Shown here: positions 12,721 through 26,602 of the stretch, in pieces
How the letters are laid out: each line of letters begins with the position of its first letter
Position numbering within the stretch: the stretch's first letter is position 1
NCBI GenBank assembly: GCA_051313645.2
Contig: JBNRSN020000001.1
Location: forward strand, 472,750,001 to 472,814,000
Origin: Centroscyllium fabricii
Lineage: Eukaryota
Length of the DNA stretch: 64,000 nucleotides
Direction of reading: 5' to 3'
Program-made: the position numbers and the translations under genes
The notes under the pieces: model-generated
What the model was told of the DNA's origin: nothing
What the model saw: only the letters and a program-made list of their open reading frames with translations
Databases searched by the model: none

Positions 12721-13180
12721 TTGGATTGATTTTTGGATTTCGGGTTTCTGCCCGGCGGAGTGCGCCGGTCGGCCTCCCGTCCTCAACGAAGAGGCGGCTA
12801 CGATTTTCAGGCCCAGCCAGCTGCAAGGTGCCAAACGGGTGACTCGATGCAGCTCACCAGCCAGCCAGTATCGCCAAGCTCTATTAATCGCAATAATGTA
12901 ATACATTGGTGAATCAGTATGGCGATTTCAGAATGTTACTCAAATCGGTAAAATTATTGCTTTGATATCACTGAATACAGTTTAAATAAAGGGTCCTGGG
13001 AAACTTCTGGGAGACTGCATTATTAGCCAATCATAACCGAGGAACGTGTAACTGTGTTGTGATTGGCCAAGTAGTTGCTGCGGCGAATGAATCCTCGCCT
13101 CAGAAGATCTCCGTGGAAATCCAAAAACCTAGGAGAGCCGCAGAATTCCTGGGATAATCTGCCCTGGAGCTGAGCTTACT

Positions 13181-13373
13181 ATCAATTCAATTCAATTCAA
13201 TTCAAATAGCTTTATTGGCATGAATGGTATCAACCGTTGTTGCCAAAGCATTGTAACATACATAAAAATACATTAGTAGAGCATTGTAACATACATAAAA
13301 AATAATACATTAGTAGATGTAATAACAACAGTACTAACAGAATATATACAACCGCATCCGTAATAACATCAAT
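13181..13373 (-). mobile_element. RTE-X-like 3' end (second subfamily) with probable ATCAAT TSD
   Basis: (TTCAA)n followed by gctttattggcatg...gttgccaaagca. atcaat at 13181 and 13368. Internal ~33-bp duplication. Confidence 0.7.
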
Positions 13374-16300
13374 AGATATATAGCTTAAATGCAGTTTCAC
13401 ACAATATCACAGTCAATGTGATAATATTAAATTATTGTTCGCTGAACGCTATCAGATTTTTTTCCAATTGAATTGTTTAGTGATTAACTTTCATTTCACA
13501 ACCGCAGATATATGGAATAAAAGCAAGTGTATCAACTCTGGTGCACTGACTAGATCTCCGTGGCCTGGTTGTGCATTAATGCTATTCCATACAAAGTACA
13601 TTGTGAATTCAAAACCATTCTTTAAAATTGAAATGAATGTGGAATTTACTGTATATTTTACATATAGTAACACACGTGTTAGAATGTAAAAATCACCCAA
13701 GATTTAGCCATCACATTTCACCTTGATAAATAAATATTACAGTGAGATTAATTGATACAAATGTATGCCAATACTCACCTGAACAGTTTGGCGCGCTGTA
13801 CATTCCAGTGCGTTATCATCATCAAGATAGTCAGATTCTCCATTTATACAGGTCAAAGAGTGATATAAGGTATTCAATTTCCGCCCAGACTTTTAAGAAT
13901 TTTATCAAGTGCGAATGGTTCTCTATAGTGAAACTTTCAAGTGATGACATTTTATCATGAAATGCAAAGCTGAGGTGCCAGGTTGAATCGCTGCTATTTT
14001 ACATGGCCAGAGGGTGGCGTGTTTTGTTCGTGTTGGAGCTGGTCTGGTCTTGTTGGACGACTTGTGCAGTTTTATTTTTATAAGCGACCAAGCAAACATA
14101 TCTTTCGGGGTCGTTTTAATATTGCAAAATATGCAATTAGTTATGTTTCTCAATACTCAGCGATATCGCATTTGACTGCAATTACTGATAAAGATGTCAC
14201 TTTAATCTAAACAATGTTGAATAATGTGCATCAAAATAGTGTAGAATCCAATGAGCCAGTGATATCTGGAAAATTATATTTAGTCCCGTAAACAATCTTA
14301 CTACCTCCGTCACACAGTTTATTCCTTACAACAATTGTCGGGTTTTTTACAAGTGGTCGGCTGGGCTTAAAATGATATTACTTCCTGATGTGAGTGAATT
14401 AGTTTTCGTGGATTCTGACACGACGATAAAACCCTTAAAGAGAGGCTGTAGAATAAAGATTGAACAGAAACGGATGGTCCAGAATAGACTGCATATCTGT
14501 GTGTTTGTAATGTCACCAGCGATTATCATCACTGAAATATATATATTAAAAAGCGAGGTGTTAGGGGCCGTGCTGTTCCTTGAAAAGTCGGATTGTCTCA
14601 TTAATTCTCGTTTCGCTTACAATTCTAGATTCGATTCGGACCGCAAAACAAATTAATGAAAACATTCCGCGTCTTTGGTATGACAACATTCTCTGAGTAA
14701 TAGTATTACAACAAATAAAGCCCAACATGTAACTGCAGCTGTATAATTTATCTTAATTTTAATTTGAATGACAAATTGAATAATAGTTTAAAGGGCTGTA
14801 ACATCTTGGGCGCTGCTTGCTACGAGTTTCCAACTCGAGGTGACGTCTGTATATTTGCGTTAATTACACTACATTGGAGAATGGTTTGTTTTGCATTACA
14901 ACTAAAATAACAGGTTATTATGTTACAGGAAAACCGAATGGGTCCTGATTGTGGAAAAAAAATGTTTATATAACGAACATTGTATCTTTTTTTTTAAGTA
15001 CCGATGTTTAATAAATGTCAATAAAGTGCCCACAAGAGTCTGAACGAAGAGAACATCAGCCATTAGAGTGAGAATGCTGTTCTACACGTGATGGGACCTC
15101 ACGTGAAAGCAGAATGAAAGCTCACAGCACAAGGACCGCTCAACCAAAACGGTGCACATCGTGAAAACAAGCGTGTCACCTTCACACTAACATACCATTA
15201 ATACTTGTTACATTTCACTGGCCACATATATTTTTCACCATTTCCTCTGCATAACGATGTTTTAAATAAGCTTCATTCTTTAGCTCCGTCCCCGGGGAGG
15301 CTTGGAAAACAAGCTATATACATTGATACACGCTGTCCTATTTCCTTTTGCAAATGTTATATTTCGTGCACAAATTTCGTGGCTCGATGCATGGTGTAAA
15401 CATTGAGAACGGGTCTGTTTGAGTGTCAGCTGTAAGCCCATGCCAAGGGCTGGCTGGTAACTTGGGTTGTGGGGAGTTTGGAGAGGTGATTACCTGGTGT
15501 CTTGAATCAAACCAGGCGCACCCTGCTCTCTGGATGAGTCCGTCACATTTGCTTCAAGAGGAGCTGTCAAAAGCCGCACTTTTTATCTCCAAGCCTTCTC
15601 GCTGCCGTTTCTTCATTGCATGTTAGGGGGGGGGGGGGGCGGGGGGGAGGTTTAGGCGGGTCGGTTTAAGTTATTTGGAAGGGAACAATGACAGAGGCAC
15701 AAAATGAGGAAAATAAAACTGAATACAAATTGGGAAATGGGTGAAAGATATGAAGCAGGGGAATAATAAACGAAAACTGAAAAGCGCTCACTGTGCCCGA
15801 ATAGTCGAGCGGAGCCGGGGAGAGCCACACTTGTCAAACTGAAAGCAGGACTATTGTCCTGTGAGTGCGGTATTGACCCGAAGATGTAAAAGATGGTGAA
15901 CGCATTAACGAGCTGAGTGTAAAGGTTTCTGATAAACGGACACATCAATCATTATTAAAGAACCCACCGTGCCTATAAAATACTCCTACCACCCAAAGGA
16001 CACCTTGTGCGGCTTCGGTTTCATTAACTGAAATGTTTTTATATTTTCTTCTAACTGCGCCCAGCTTTTTTGATTACACTTTGTGTGGAAGGAAGAAGTT
16101 GAATTTGTTCTTTGCCTTTGGGGAGAAACTAAAGCCGCTTATATTCTCTCGGAAAAGAACTTGGTCGAGCAATATTTCTACCTCATTTGTGGAGTTTTAA
16201 TTGGACTGGAACTGAACATTTTAGGATTCATTTTACCGAGCACTAAGATTTAGCCTTTCTACGTATGTTGTCTACAGCTTCCATGAACGTCGGCGATTTC

Positions 16301-16769
16301 TTCTCATCATAACCCCCTGTATCTCACTAACCACAGCAAAACATTCCGTCTTTTAAGTTCCTTCATTGTTGCTGAATCGCTGTTTACAGATATCCCGATC
16401 TGCAGCGCTGACTCTCCTCATCTCACTTATAGTTTGGTGCGAAAAATAAACTGATGGTTTCTGCGGGTTCCTAAAATAGCCCAGCTATCATCTGTGCAAC
16501 CATCAAGGTCAGAATCTACTGCCTATTTCATTTCGATTGGTGGCCTGCGCGCGGGGGGTTTCCTCTGGAAAGACGCTGCACATTTGCTTTGAATTAAGTT
16601 AATAAAAACAAGTATTAATGTATCGTCATCCTAAGGGTTAGAAAACATTGGTATTTTTACAGTTTTCTTTTCGCCTCTTAAGCATGAAGCGGCGTAAAGA
16701 TTCGCAGTTCTTGTCTCCCCGGCGACGCTGTGAACTTTGCTGAAAGTTTATTGACTTTTGCTGTCAAAG

Positions 16770-17157
16770 AAGTTGGTGGGGCCGGCTGGCTGCGCAGTGC
16801 GCCTGCGCCGTCCGGGGATTTCTCTCAGGACTCGGTTGAAATAGGAGGTGGTTCGAGGGGTCTGGAGGAGTCAGTCTGTGATCGGCATCTCCATCCGAAC
16901 ACAAGGCAAGCGGCACCTCTGGTGTTCAAGGACCATCTGACACGGTCCCGATCGCTCTTGCCTGGCACCGCCACCATCACCCAACATACCCCCCCCCCCC
17001 CTACCCAACCCTTCGCCGCCGCAGCGCCATCTCCGAGTTCAGAGCATGCCAACTTGGGTATGCGCCTGTGCCACAACCGCCGCCACCTCCACATCTGCCA
17101 TTAGTTCAAGCGAGAAAGCGGCGACACTCGCAGCGGCCGAAGAGTTCCCCGGTTCAG
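16770..17157 (+). promoter_or_regulatory. Candidate osr1 promoter and non-coding exon 1
   Basis: CpG-dense. NRF1-like TGCGCAGTGCGCCTGCGC (~16791-16808) and kB-like GGGGATTTCT. Ends in the donor CAG|GTAATC at 17158. Vertebrate Osr1 has a non-coding first exon several kb upstream. The TSS cannot be determined from sequence. Confidence 0.45.
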
Positions 17158-20100
17158 GTAATCGCATCGCATTTCTTTTCATTGATTTGTAATAAGGGGG
17201 AGGGAGGGAGGGGGAAGTGGCTGGTCGGACGCGAGGAGTTTGATTTTATTAAGCTGAAACTGACATGTTTCAGAGGCACTTTCATATTCCAAATTAGACG
17301 CTGTCAATTAGACCACATGTAAATGCAGTCTTTTTTTAATTTAAAAAAGCGAATCGTCCTCATTGCACGAGTAATTCTGGGTATCTGGAGCCACTTTAGT
17401 GAATGTTTACACCTCTGTGATGTGTTTGTGTAAAGTAAGTTGAACAAATCAACTTGAAAGCCCGGATGCCTGTGTTGGTGCAGGAGCCTCACTGTACACG
17501 GGGCTGTGGGGATGGTTCTTCTGAAACTGGTTCAACTTGAACTAAGAATAACCTGGTGTTGTGTGACTTCTTGCATAAGTATAATCAAACATTTGTACCC
17601 TGCGCTGAAACTGTGACTCCTCCCAAGCGGCAGTGTACAGAGTGGAGCCGGACTGTTCCATCAGCGCCCTCTCAATCTGCGCTTGATCCACACGGAACGC
17701 GCTTATTGACACTCCGGCTCTCACTGGGCGCCTTAACGCAATGTTTACACAACATACAATGAAACTAACCGCGTTTTCTCCTTGCTGGAGTCTAGTTGCT
17801 ATTTTTAGTTGGAAATTCTCTTCGCGCATTTTGATCAGTATCTCCCCAGACTTTGACATTTCCCGAAAGGACACGTGCAGTGATCCCCAGACTGGATAAA
17901 CACATGTGACCCACCTCCAGCACACCTGAACCCACTCCATCCCACCAGTTGTGGCAGTGGCTAAACCATGCGGGGCACCCTATCGGATTATTCATGGATT
18001 CGGTTGTTTGCCCCCATCGCTATTTGGGAGTGACATTTGGTTTTAGCCAACTCGGCCAACTGTAACCGCTCGGTGCTGTGGAGCAGTCCGCGGCGACCCG
18101 ACCTGGACCAGCAGAGCAGCGGAGCTGAAAGTCGAGTCGGGCCGTTGTGTTGCTCCCAGCTGTTTCCGGTGCAGGGTGTAGTTTGGTCCGATTACTTTTA
18201 ATGGGATGCATTTAATAAGGGTCTGCAGTGCGGGTAATGGGACTGTTATTACCAGGGTTAAACGCACCGAGCACGATTTATTCCCAAACTGGCTTTGTTT
18301 TATTTCCACAAACTAAAGGTTCCAAGTGTGATTTCAGACGAACCGTTAACAATAAAATAAACCATTTAAAAAAAGAGAGAGGGGGAATCGAACTGAATTC
18401 CCGAAACATACAAATAATCTCCAGTTCTTTTATTTCGTTTTTAATATACAGTGCTTGTATTTTAAGATCTAATCGTATTACTGTAAATTGGTCAATAACG
18501 CAAATCATGATTTTTATTGTACATTTTAAAAGCCAAATGGCATTCTAACCCATCGGTTCGGTGTTAGAACGGATAGGATGACAGATGCTTCCCATCACAC
18601 CATCTCGGCGGCCTTCCACTCTTTTATCTGGAGACCGACGGGTGAATTTTCCGAAAGGCCCAAAATATTCACTCTCTTAAAATTAAACACAAGGTAGAAA
18701 AGAAAAAACAAGCCGAATAGTAAGTTTGACGGCCCTTAGTGAAGTGTAATCTGTGAATTATATATAAATGAACAAGGGACGCGGCCGTTTCTGCATAAAA
18801 TATCCCCTCCCCGAAACGTGGATGTAAAACAGCTGACTGCTGAAATCTGCCCAAGTCGTCTCCTTCGTTCTGTGCACGGATTGCACAATGGAATAAAACA
18901 TTCCCAACCCCATTCCCCCCCTGGTTAAAAGCCAAGCCATCCATAGTTTACATGTTGAAACTGTTTGTTTGTCTTACTCCGTGTATTAATCAACACTGCC
19001 AACTGAAAAGTGCTCTGAGCTCTTGAGTTCTCCAAACAGTGTACTCATTGTGATAGTGTGATAATCCGGTGAATAATGATGCCCTCGAAGCATTTAGGAC
19101 AGAGATCAGCGCGCCCAACCTTCCAATATTCCCGCGTACAATCGCCAAATCCGTTTTTTGTTGAGGAGGCTGACACGGCGAGGGTGAATTGCACGGGGCT
19201 GATATACGAGGCTGCGGCTCGACAGAGCTGTGGTGTTAGTGAAGCGGGGCGGGCGGCAAAAACAGAGAAGGGAGAGAGATTCTAGACAGATGCACCCTTT
19301 CAAGTTTATGGTCCTATTTTGTAGGGTAAATTTATCTTGGCAGAATGAAGTTTGTTTCGATAGAATGTCAGTACACAAGTGGTCTGTTCTCAATTACTCA
19401 GCAACCAACCTTTGCTGTTTTTAAAAAGAACTGTGGTATTTTGTTGCGATCGAGGAGAGATAACGCACCACACTCTGCTTTAAGATGAAGATAACGATCT
19501 GTTTAGATTAACGAGAATCCACGTCAGCTAGTCGGCGAGGAATAAACGGGCATCCCTCACAAACGAATTTCGGCCAAGGAAACTTTAAAGGCAGTATTGC
19601 ACAGTTGCATCCTGTGTGAGCGGGTAATGAAGAGCCCAGTGGGCTCCGGCCGCTTGCTTTCATTCTCTTGCAGGCCGAACAGTAAAATCACCCGCTGCAA
19701 TCGTTCCTGGAGGTCTTCAGTACCAGATTGTGATTTGAGCAGGGAAATGTTCCAGGACACGAGGCTCCTTAGCACATTGCGAGGGAGTCGAGCCATATTG
19801 GAACCTCTCTGCCTTTTCATGATCTCGCACCCATTGACGCCCAATCCCATGGAAAGCTCCGAATACCAGCCACACCTATTCGTTAACCTGATGGGCATCG
19901 CACCACAGAGTGGTTTGCAAAACGCTGCGCCGGTCCGTGCATTTCCCATCTTGTTGCTGTGGGTGTGTGTCTGGAAGTGTGTTCTTGAACACCACAAGAG
20001 ATTAAAGGCACGCAGGATCTGGTTGTTTATTGCACAGTATGGTCTGAATAAAAGTAAAACGGTGAAATCAGATATATGTAGGATCACTATATATGACTAT

Positions 20101-23100
20101 ATATGACTATAACGACCAAAATGCCGTGTGATTTTTTAAAATATATATATAAATTGGAGCAAGTGCTGAAATAAATCACCCTCCCATCCTCTACTGAAAG
20201 GCTCTGCTTCCTCGGCCTTTCCGCCGGAGCTCCCCCCGATCTGAGAGTCTCTGCTCTTTCTCACGATGGCTCAACACAAGCTAGCAAACTTGTTTTATTT
20301 CAGATTTCCAGCATCGGCACTATTTTCTTTTTGTACTAGCAAACTATCTTGGTCCTCGAGCCCAGAGTGTTTGGAATTCACTAAGATGTGCTACATTTCT
20401 TCTGATTAATTGCGCCTTTTCTAATATGTTGTGCTGAATTGTAGCGGTTTTATCCGTTTGACCGCTTGCCGAAGTTAAGGAATATCCATTAATACAAACG
20501 ATGCCTATATAATGGTAAAATAAATGTGCTTGCCAGCTAGTGGATTAAGAGTTGTGCAATTATGCGGGGTTTGGATCTTTATTTGCTATCTATCAGATGT
20601 AATTATATGTCAGCCAATTCGCTGTCCAGTAACAGGCGCGGTACACCTGCTGTGATTAACTATTTGCAGGTCTCTTAAAAGTACATTTTAGAGCTCAGTT
20701 TAAAAAAAATACTTTGGAAGTGTAAAAAAAATCTGCACGTCAGTGCGATGCTGCATTGAACGGTGTATTTAGATGGTTGTAACACACGAGACCTGGATAC
20801 TGTTGACTCGCATGACAAGCAATGTCTTATGATGGTAGTTATATCAAATATAAGATAATTTCAGGCTAGATATGATGTGCTTCTCCCAAGTGATTGAAAC
20901 ACTTGCCTCCAGTGGGTTAGTCGCATTATTAGCGACTACGGATTAACGGGATTGGTCAGATTGTTTCTGTAGTGAATTCGTGCGGTAACCGAGGCATCTT
21001 CCGAGTGGCGCTGGCAGATATCTCCTCCTGTCCCGGACTGTGTGTTACTTGCTCATTTAAACTCTTTCGTTTTCTCTAACGGGCTGAACTTCACTTGCCC
21101 ATATAATCCCTGCATCTTCTATTCTGGTTCTATGTGGTCTCCTTGGTCGCCAGTTCTCTCATCTAAAGTGAAAGTTTTAAAATATTGTATAACATTTCTA
21201 TTTACTGTTAGGTATATATTTATACTATCTACATTCTGAAACATTATATATGGTTTCAGTGGGAATTACACTTCCGAATGTATTTGTTGACGCGGGAGAT
21301 CTGAGGCGATATTCTTTCTATTGGCCCCCAGAGACCGCACGCAAACGCTATTAAAAGCTAAACCAATACACAATGTTCCCGCTGCTTATCTCCCCATTGC
21401 CGCAGATGCGAGTATATTTGAATGGAGATAAATTAAATGGATTTCATTTGCATCGTAAAGAATCATCAATATCTGTATTAAACTGTAAAATTCAGTTTGG
21501 AAATTTTCCAATAAATTAAATGGGACACATGAAAGGTTCGACAGACTGTGTAAGGGTCAGCGACCCAGTCCTCTTTCCTTGTACATACCTTTTCATATAC
21601 GACTGTATTGTAACAAATACATTGAGGCACTATGATTTTTGAATCATTTAAAGATGTCTCTGTTGATATCCCACCACACAGTAACACAGAAAGGCCCGTA
21701 CTCAAATATATTCCACCGCTGCCCTTGAAATGTTGTGACATTCAGAAACAGATGGAGACATTTGCAAAGAAATTGCTTGTAAGAATAACAATGTGTTTTG
21801 CCTTAATTAAAGCAAAGGACTGATATTTGTTGCACTATTAAATTAAACCACTTCCAAGTCAGGACCCACACTCGCTTGTTTACGTTTGTTTTTAATTGAC
21901 CTTTTATATATTCACGACGACATTCTATAAAGTTTAATGTACGTGACATGCTCCGAATATGTTAATAAGCCCGTTAATAAAGACCGTTAAATGACTGGTG
22001 TGCCTCGTTTGCCTCGATCCTGTTAACACTTTTGCGACAGTTGTAATAACCTACAGGGCACCTTCCTTAGTTTCTGAATGTTGCAATCCGGTAGAGAAAT
22101 AAAATTGGTCCTTTAATTTCAACCAATTACTTTAAGAACAAACGACATCGGATTGGTTGCGAGACTGAAGTATAGGTTAACATAATACAACCTAATCAAC
22201 AGCTAATATAATTACAGATCCATAACCCAGCGCCCGACCGTCTTTCATCACACACACGCTGACTAATTACCCGGGACTAGTTGCACTGAGCGTTATGTGC
22301 CCTGACTGTTGAGAGTTACAGGAGATTTCTGGTGTGACTTTTCTTACCAACACTAAAGGAAAGTCTCACCAATTAGCAAAGCCAATCTTAGCGAAATGTC
22401 ACTGTATTTTATTTCGGGTCATTGCAGAGGAATTCCACATGATGTGAGTTCGCTTGGTTTGCCAATTCATTTCAAATGATTTATACCGATTACTGTTCTG
22501 GTTCCCTTGTGTGTTTCTTTTCTTTTTGGTTCTTGAAGTAAAATTTAAAGTGGTCGTTCATTGCTCGAGCGCATTAGCCGCTATGGTCATTTCAGCAATT
22601 TCCTCGTTTGTTTGAAGTAAATACTATTTGCTGTCTTCTGAAAGCAAATCTGGAATAACTGACGGGATCTTTCTAATGATCCGAAGTAAGAGTCAATTAC
22701 TTCTGCGCCATGACCATAAACCACTAAATCCCTGGTGATCTCAGGACCAGAAAATGGTCATTAGTTGCACCTCACCTTATTTTCCCAAATACGACAACAA
22801 CGAGTGATTTGCACCGATTCATTTGTGTCAAAAACAGGAACAGCATATTAGCATCCCGAAACACCGAGAGATCTGAAAGCCCATCAGGTCCTGCAGGCTC
22901 CTCGGTAATTCGCATCTGAGATTGAACGTTAACCGCATATTAATTCATATTTGCAGTTTAAGAAAAAAGTGAATTGATTTAAGAGTTAGAAATAAAGTTC
23001 TGTGGTGGATGGGTCCGTTTTACTTGACATTCGGCGCTACAACAGCAATAGGATTTCCATAATGTTACGAACTGTTGAACACAACACAACTGTGCCTCCT

Positions 23101-24004
23101 TCCGAGCTTGCCCCTTTGATGTCTAACCGCGGTTAAAGGTTACCACAAATAGCCGACCCGACCCATTGCCACGTCTTTCTTCTTTTACCCCTATTGTTAC
23201 ATTGCTGGGACCAGCCGTAGGTTCCGGCGATGATAAATAGGAATTAATAACATTTTAAAAGTAATTTTTAAAAACTTTTATCTTTGACAAGTTTATTCTT
23301 CTTCAGACCGCACCTGCACGTTTCTTCTGGTTTTTTTAGAAGAGGGTAAAGAGCTTTTTTTTAAATATTACAATCCCCAGTGTATCACAGAGTAACATTA
23401 AGAGTGATCAGGTAATCCCCGCCAATGAAAACAAGAACACGGGACAAAAGTCAATCTCTGGGTCTTGGAGATTGCACACAACCTTTCTACCTGTCGTCAC
23501 CTGTATTGATGGCTCTTGTTAGGCTGAAGGTTGAAAATGTTTTCATTTTACCTCAGTTTAAGACCACAGCGGGGCACTTACTTGCCTTGCACAGTACCCC
23601 AGGAAGGGATAATAAATAAATAAACAATGTTGCGGGTGGTGGTCGATTTGAATCGTCGTGTTTTACTAGTCTGAGCGTTCTGAGAGTCATGGAAAGCATC
23701 GACTGCTCAGAAGCAAGATGCAAGGTTGTGTTTGGGGAGCATGTTTACACTCTGTTAATATGACATGTGCATTTAACTGTTATATTGTTTATTCTTTATG
23801 TCACTTTACATATAGCCAGCGCTTTGGGGGCGTGTGTGTGTGTGTTGAGGTGGAATATCTTATTGTTGTCGCTTCTGAGAATCAATTGGACTTTTGATAA
23901 GAATGAAAGTTAAATCGTCACTCACTGAATGTGTTGCGTTTTTACACCAAGGTTTCTGCAAGTTGACAAGGTCCCCTGCAACTCGCGCACCCGCTGTGAG
24001 CACC

Positions 24005-24648
24005 ATGGGCAGTAAGACTATTCCGGCTCCAGTGCCGATTCATCCGTCGCTACAATTGGCGAACTATGCATTTCTCCAAGCTTCCAACGGCATCCCTACG
24101 CCTTCAGATCAGCTGCACAACCTCTACGGCTTCAGCACCCTGCACACTGTCCATCTCCACCAGTGGACCCTGGGGTACCCTCCGATGCCTTTGCCCCGGT
24201 CTTCCTTCTCCAAAATACCTGCTGTTTCCGCTCTGGTGGACACTAGGTTTCAGCTGCCCACCATCCCCATCTTCCCTCACGTTTTTCAACCAAAACAAGA
24301 ATCAAGCAGTATTCCAAACAAGACAAGGCCCAGGTTTGACTTCGCCAATTTGGCCATTGCGGCTACCCAGGAGGACCACCCTACGCTCGGACAAATAGAC
24401 GGACAGTGTTCGCCTTCAGCCATTGGTTCCCTGCTAGATGCCACCAAGTTATCACCGGAAAGGAAGCCCACCAGGGGCAGGTTGCCGTCCAAAACCAAAA
24501 AAGAATTTGTCTGTAAATTCTGTGGGAGGCACTTTACCAAATCTTACAATCTCTTGATACACGAAAGGACCCACACCGATGAACGGCCCTACACGTGTGA
24601 CATATGTCATAAGGCATTTAGGAGACAAGATCACCTCCGTGACCACAG
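24005..24648 (+). CDS. osr1: Osr1 first coding exon (N-terminus, eh1-like FDFANLA motif, C2H2 finger 1 and most of finger 2)
   Basis: CACCATGG start at 24005. The translation [25 protein letters not shown]...LHQWTLGYP...[16 protein letters not shown]...[43 protein letters not shown] matches the vertebrate OSR1 pattern. Phase-2 donor AG|GTGAGA at 24649. Candidate upstream acceptors near 23951 and 23970. Confidence 0.96.
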
Positions 24649-25087
24649 GTGAGAGAGCACTGTTTCACCGGGCAGGGTCCTGCACTCGCACAGTGGCATC
24701 TCCTTCTTTCAAACTCTGTTGTTACAATTGTTTGGTTATAACAGAATCCGGCTGGTTGGAGAGTCGGTTGTAAACAGTAGAGGACTTCAAACTTTGATAC
24801 GAATCCATGATAATGACTATTGGTTCTGAGGAGTTCGCAAAAATGAGTTAAGATTGTAATTTAAGTAGTTTAATTCCTCTTCCCAGAACTATATGTGATT
24901 TATTTAACTGTTGAAGCCTTGCACTAAGATAAGCTTTTAAAAGGCTGAGCGCGAACAGTATGTGTGAAAACATGTAGATAAACTGCTTGTTAAATGAGCT
25001 CTTTATGTTAACTATAAACGAACCTTGCCACTGCTATTTAACAGATCGGTTAATTTTAAAGACAAATAATGCATTATTTTGCTTTAA

Positions 25088-25228
<141 letters not shown>

Positions 25229-25537
25229 GTATAGAACCTGCAAACAGCACTCAGAATGCAACGTTGATGAAAGCCTATAACGCGGACATATCTGTCAAAT
25301 TTAGAAACAGCATAGACTATATCCATTCTGCTGCTGTTCTCTTCTGTTACTTTATTCCAATACAAAGAGATTATCTGTGGGATTCTACTATGGGAAGACC
25401 TGTGTCGTTTTCTAAAAACCCTTCTTTCAGTAGATCCTCCCTTGAAACGAGGGCGGTTGAACTGTGTCGCCCTTCATGATGTCCTCCGCCGTGAACTTGG
25501 AGTTGGAAGGTGATGCTTTGTCTTCTGTGTTTAACAG

Positions 25538-25747
25538 GAATCTCCGCACAACTGCCCGACGTGTGGCAGAATGTTTAATCAGAGAAGCAACCTGAAAACC
25601 CATCTCCTTACTCACACTGACATAAAACCATACAACTGCCGTCAGTGTGCGAAGGTTTTCCGGAGGAACTGTGACCTGAGGCGCCACAGCCTCACCCACC
25701 ACCCCATGGACAACACAGAACTCAAAAAAGCTGCAATATGTGGATAG
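25538..25747 (+). CDS. osr1: Alternative terminal exon encoding C2H2 fingers 4 and 5 (predicted 317-aa five-finger Osr1)
   Basis: Acceptor tgctttgtcttctgtgtttaacag| at 25537, phase 0, compatible with the donor at 25193. Stop-free frame ESPHNCPTCGRMFNQRSNLKTHLLTHTDIKPYNCRQCAKVFRRNCDLRRHSLTHHPMDNTELKKAAICG*. Not shown in the ORF track. Confidence 0.88.
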   Translation, partial: ESPHNCPTCGRMFNQRSNLKTHLLTHTDIKPYNCRQCAKVFRRNCDLRRHSLTHHPMDNTELKKAAICG

Positions 25748-26334
25748 AGACTGTATTTGGGTTAATCCGGTCTGGTTTTTCCTAAATTTAGGGTGTAGGA
25801 TGGAATCATTACCAAACCTCAGCTAGAAGCCAAAAACAAAGCAGAGCGAGAGACTGTGGAGACTTTGTGATGTTTGAATGTATGAGGGACATCTGACTGA
25901 GGATTATGGGGCGGTTTGGCCTGTGTTTGGGAATGCAGGAATACAGGTGTAGTGTTGCGGCAGGATACAGAGCTGAGCCCCAACGCTTCAGCTTCTTCCG
26001 GTGAGAATCGACCGCTGCAAAAAAAACAGTCTGGCTGGACGGCGGAGGGATGGGGAGTGCAGAGCGGGGCTTGTGAACTGCAGGGCGTGAAATAGACTGA
26101 GCTCAGTGCTCCGCCCGTGTGAGCTGGAAACACGGCTCAATGTGCATCAGCAAAAAACACCAAGAAAAAAACAAGAAACATAAAAACACAGTCATGCAAG
26201 TTCAGAACATTCCAAACGACATTCCATTCTGCGTGTTTTTAAACGCAAATTGTTCTTTGTAAATGTTTTTGGCACTTTACGCTGTTTTTTTTAACTATTT
26301 TCATGTATCACTGGATTTCTAACCTTTTTAAACG

Positions 26335-26340
26335 AATAAA
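26335..26340 (+). terminator. Candidate osr1 polyadenylation signal
   Basis: AATAAA after a T-rich 3'UTR-like stretch. It is the first AATAAA I find downstream of both stop codons. Confidence 0.6.
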
Positions 26341-26602
26341 TTGCCATTTCTTAGGCAGTGTTCAGTGCGCCGACCTTCCTTTACTCCATCCAACAGCACA
26401 AACCAGTTTTATTTCACTGAAGGCCGGAGCGAACTCTAGTTCTGCCGTCTGGAGCCGCGGAAGCAATTCGATAAAACTTCTAATGTAGGAAATCTATTCC
26501 CAAACCCAAACCCACTCTCTTTAGAAAGAGATCGAATAGTACACGTGGGCCGCCGTCTGTCACCTGCCCTCACCCATCGCCGTTACCTTTATTTATACAA
26601 TT

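Noticed and set aside
19557-20106. Overlapping 176-aa and 169-aa ORFs on opposite strands
   Set aside because: No recognisable domain, and they lie in the probable osr1 intron 1. Consistent with chance ORFs in CpG-rich DNA.
23894-24004. N-terminal extension of Osr1 in the ORF track
   Set aside because: It starts at TTG and crosses a polypyrimidine/acceptor region. The conserved start is the Kozak ATG at 24005.
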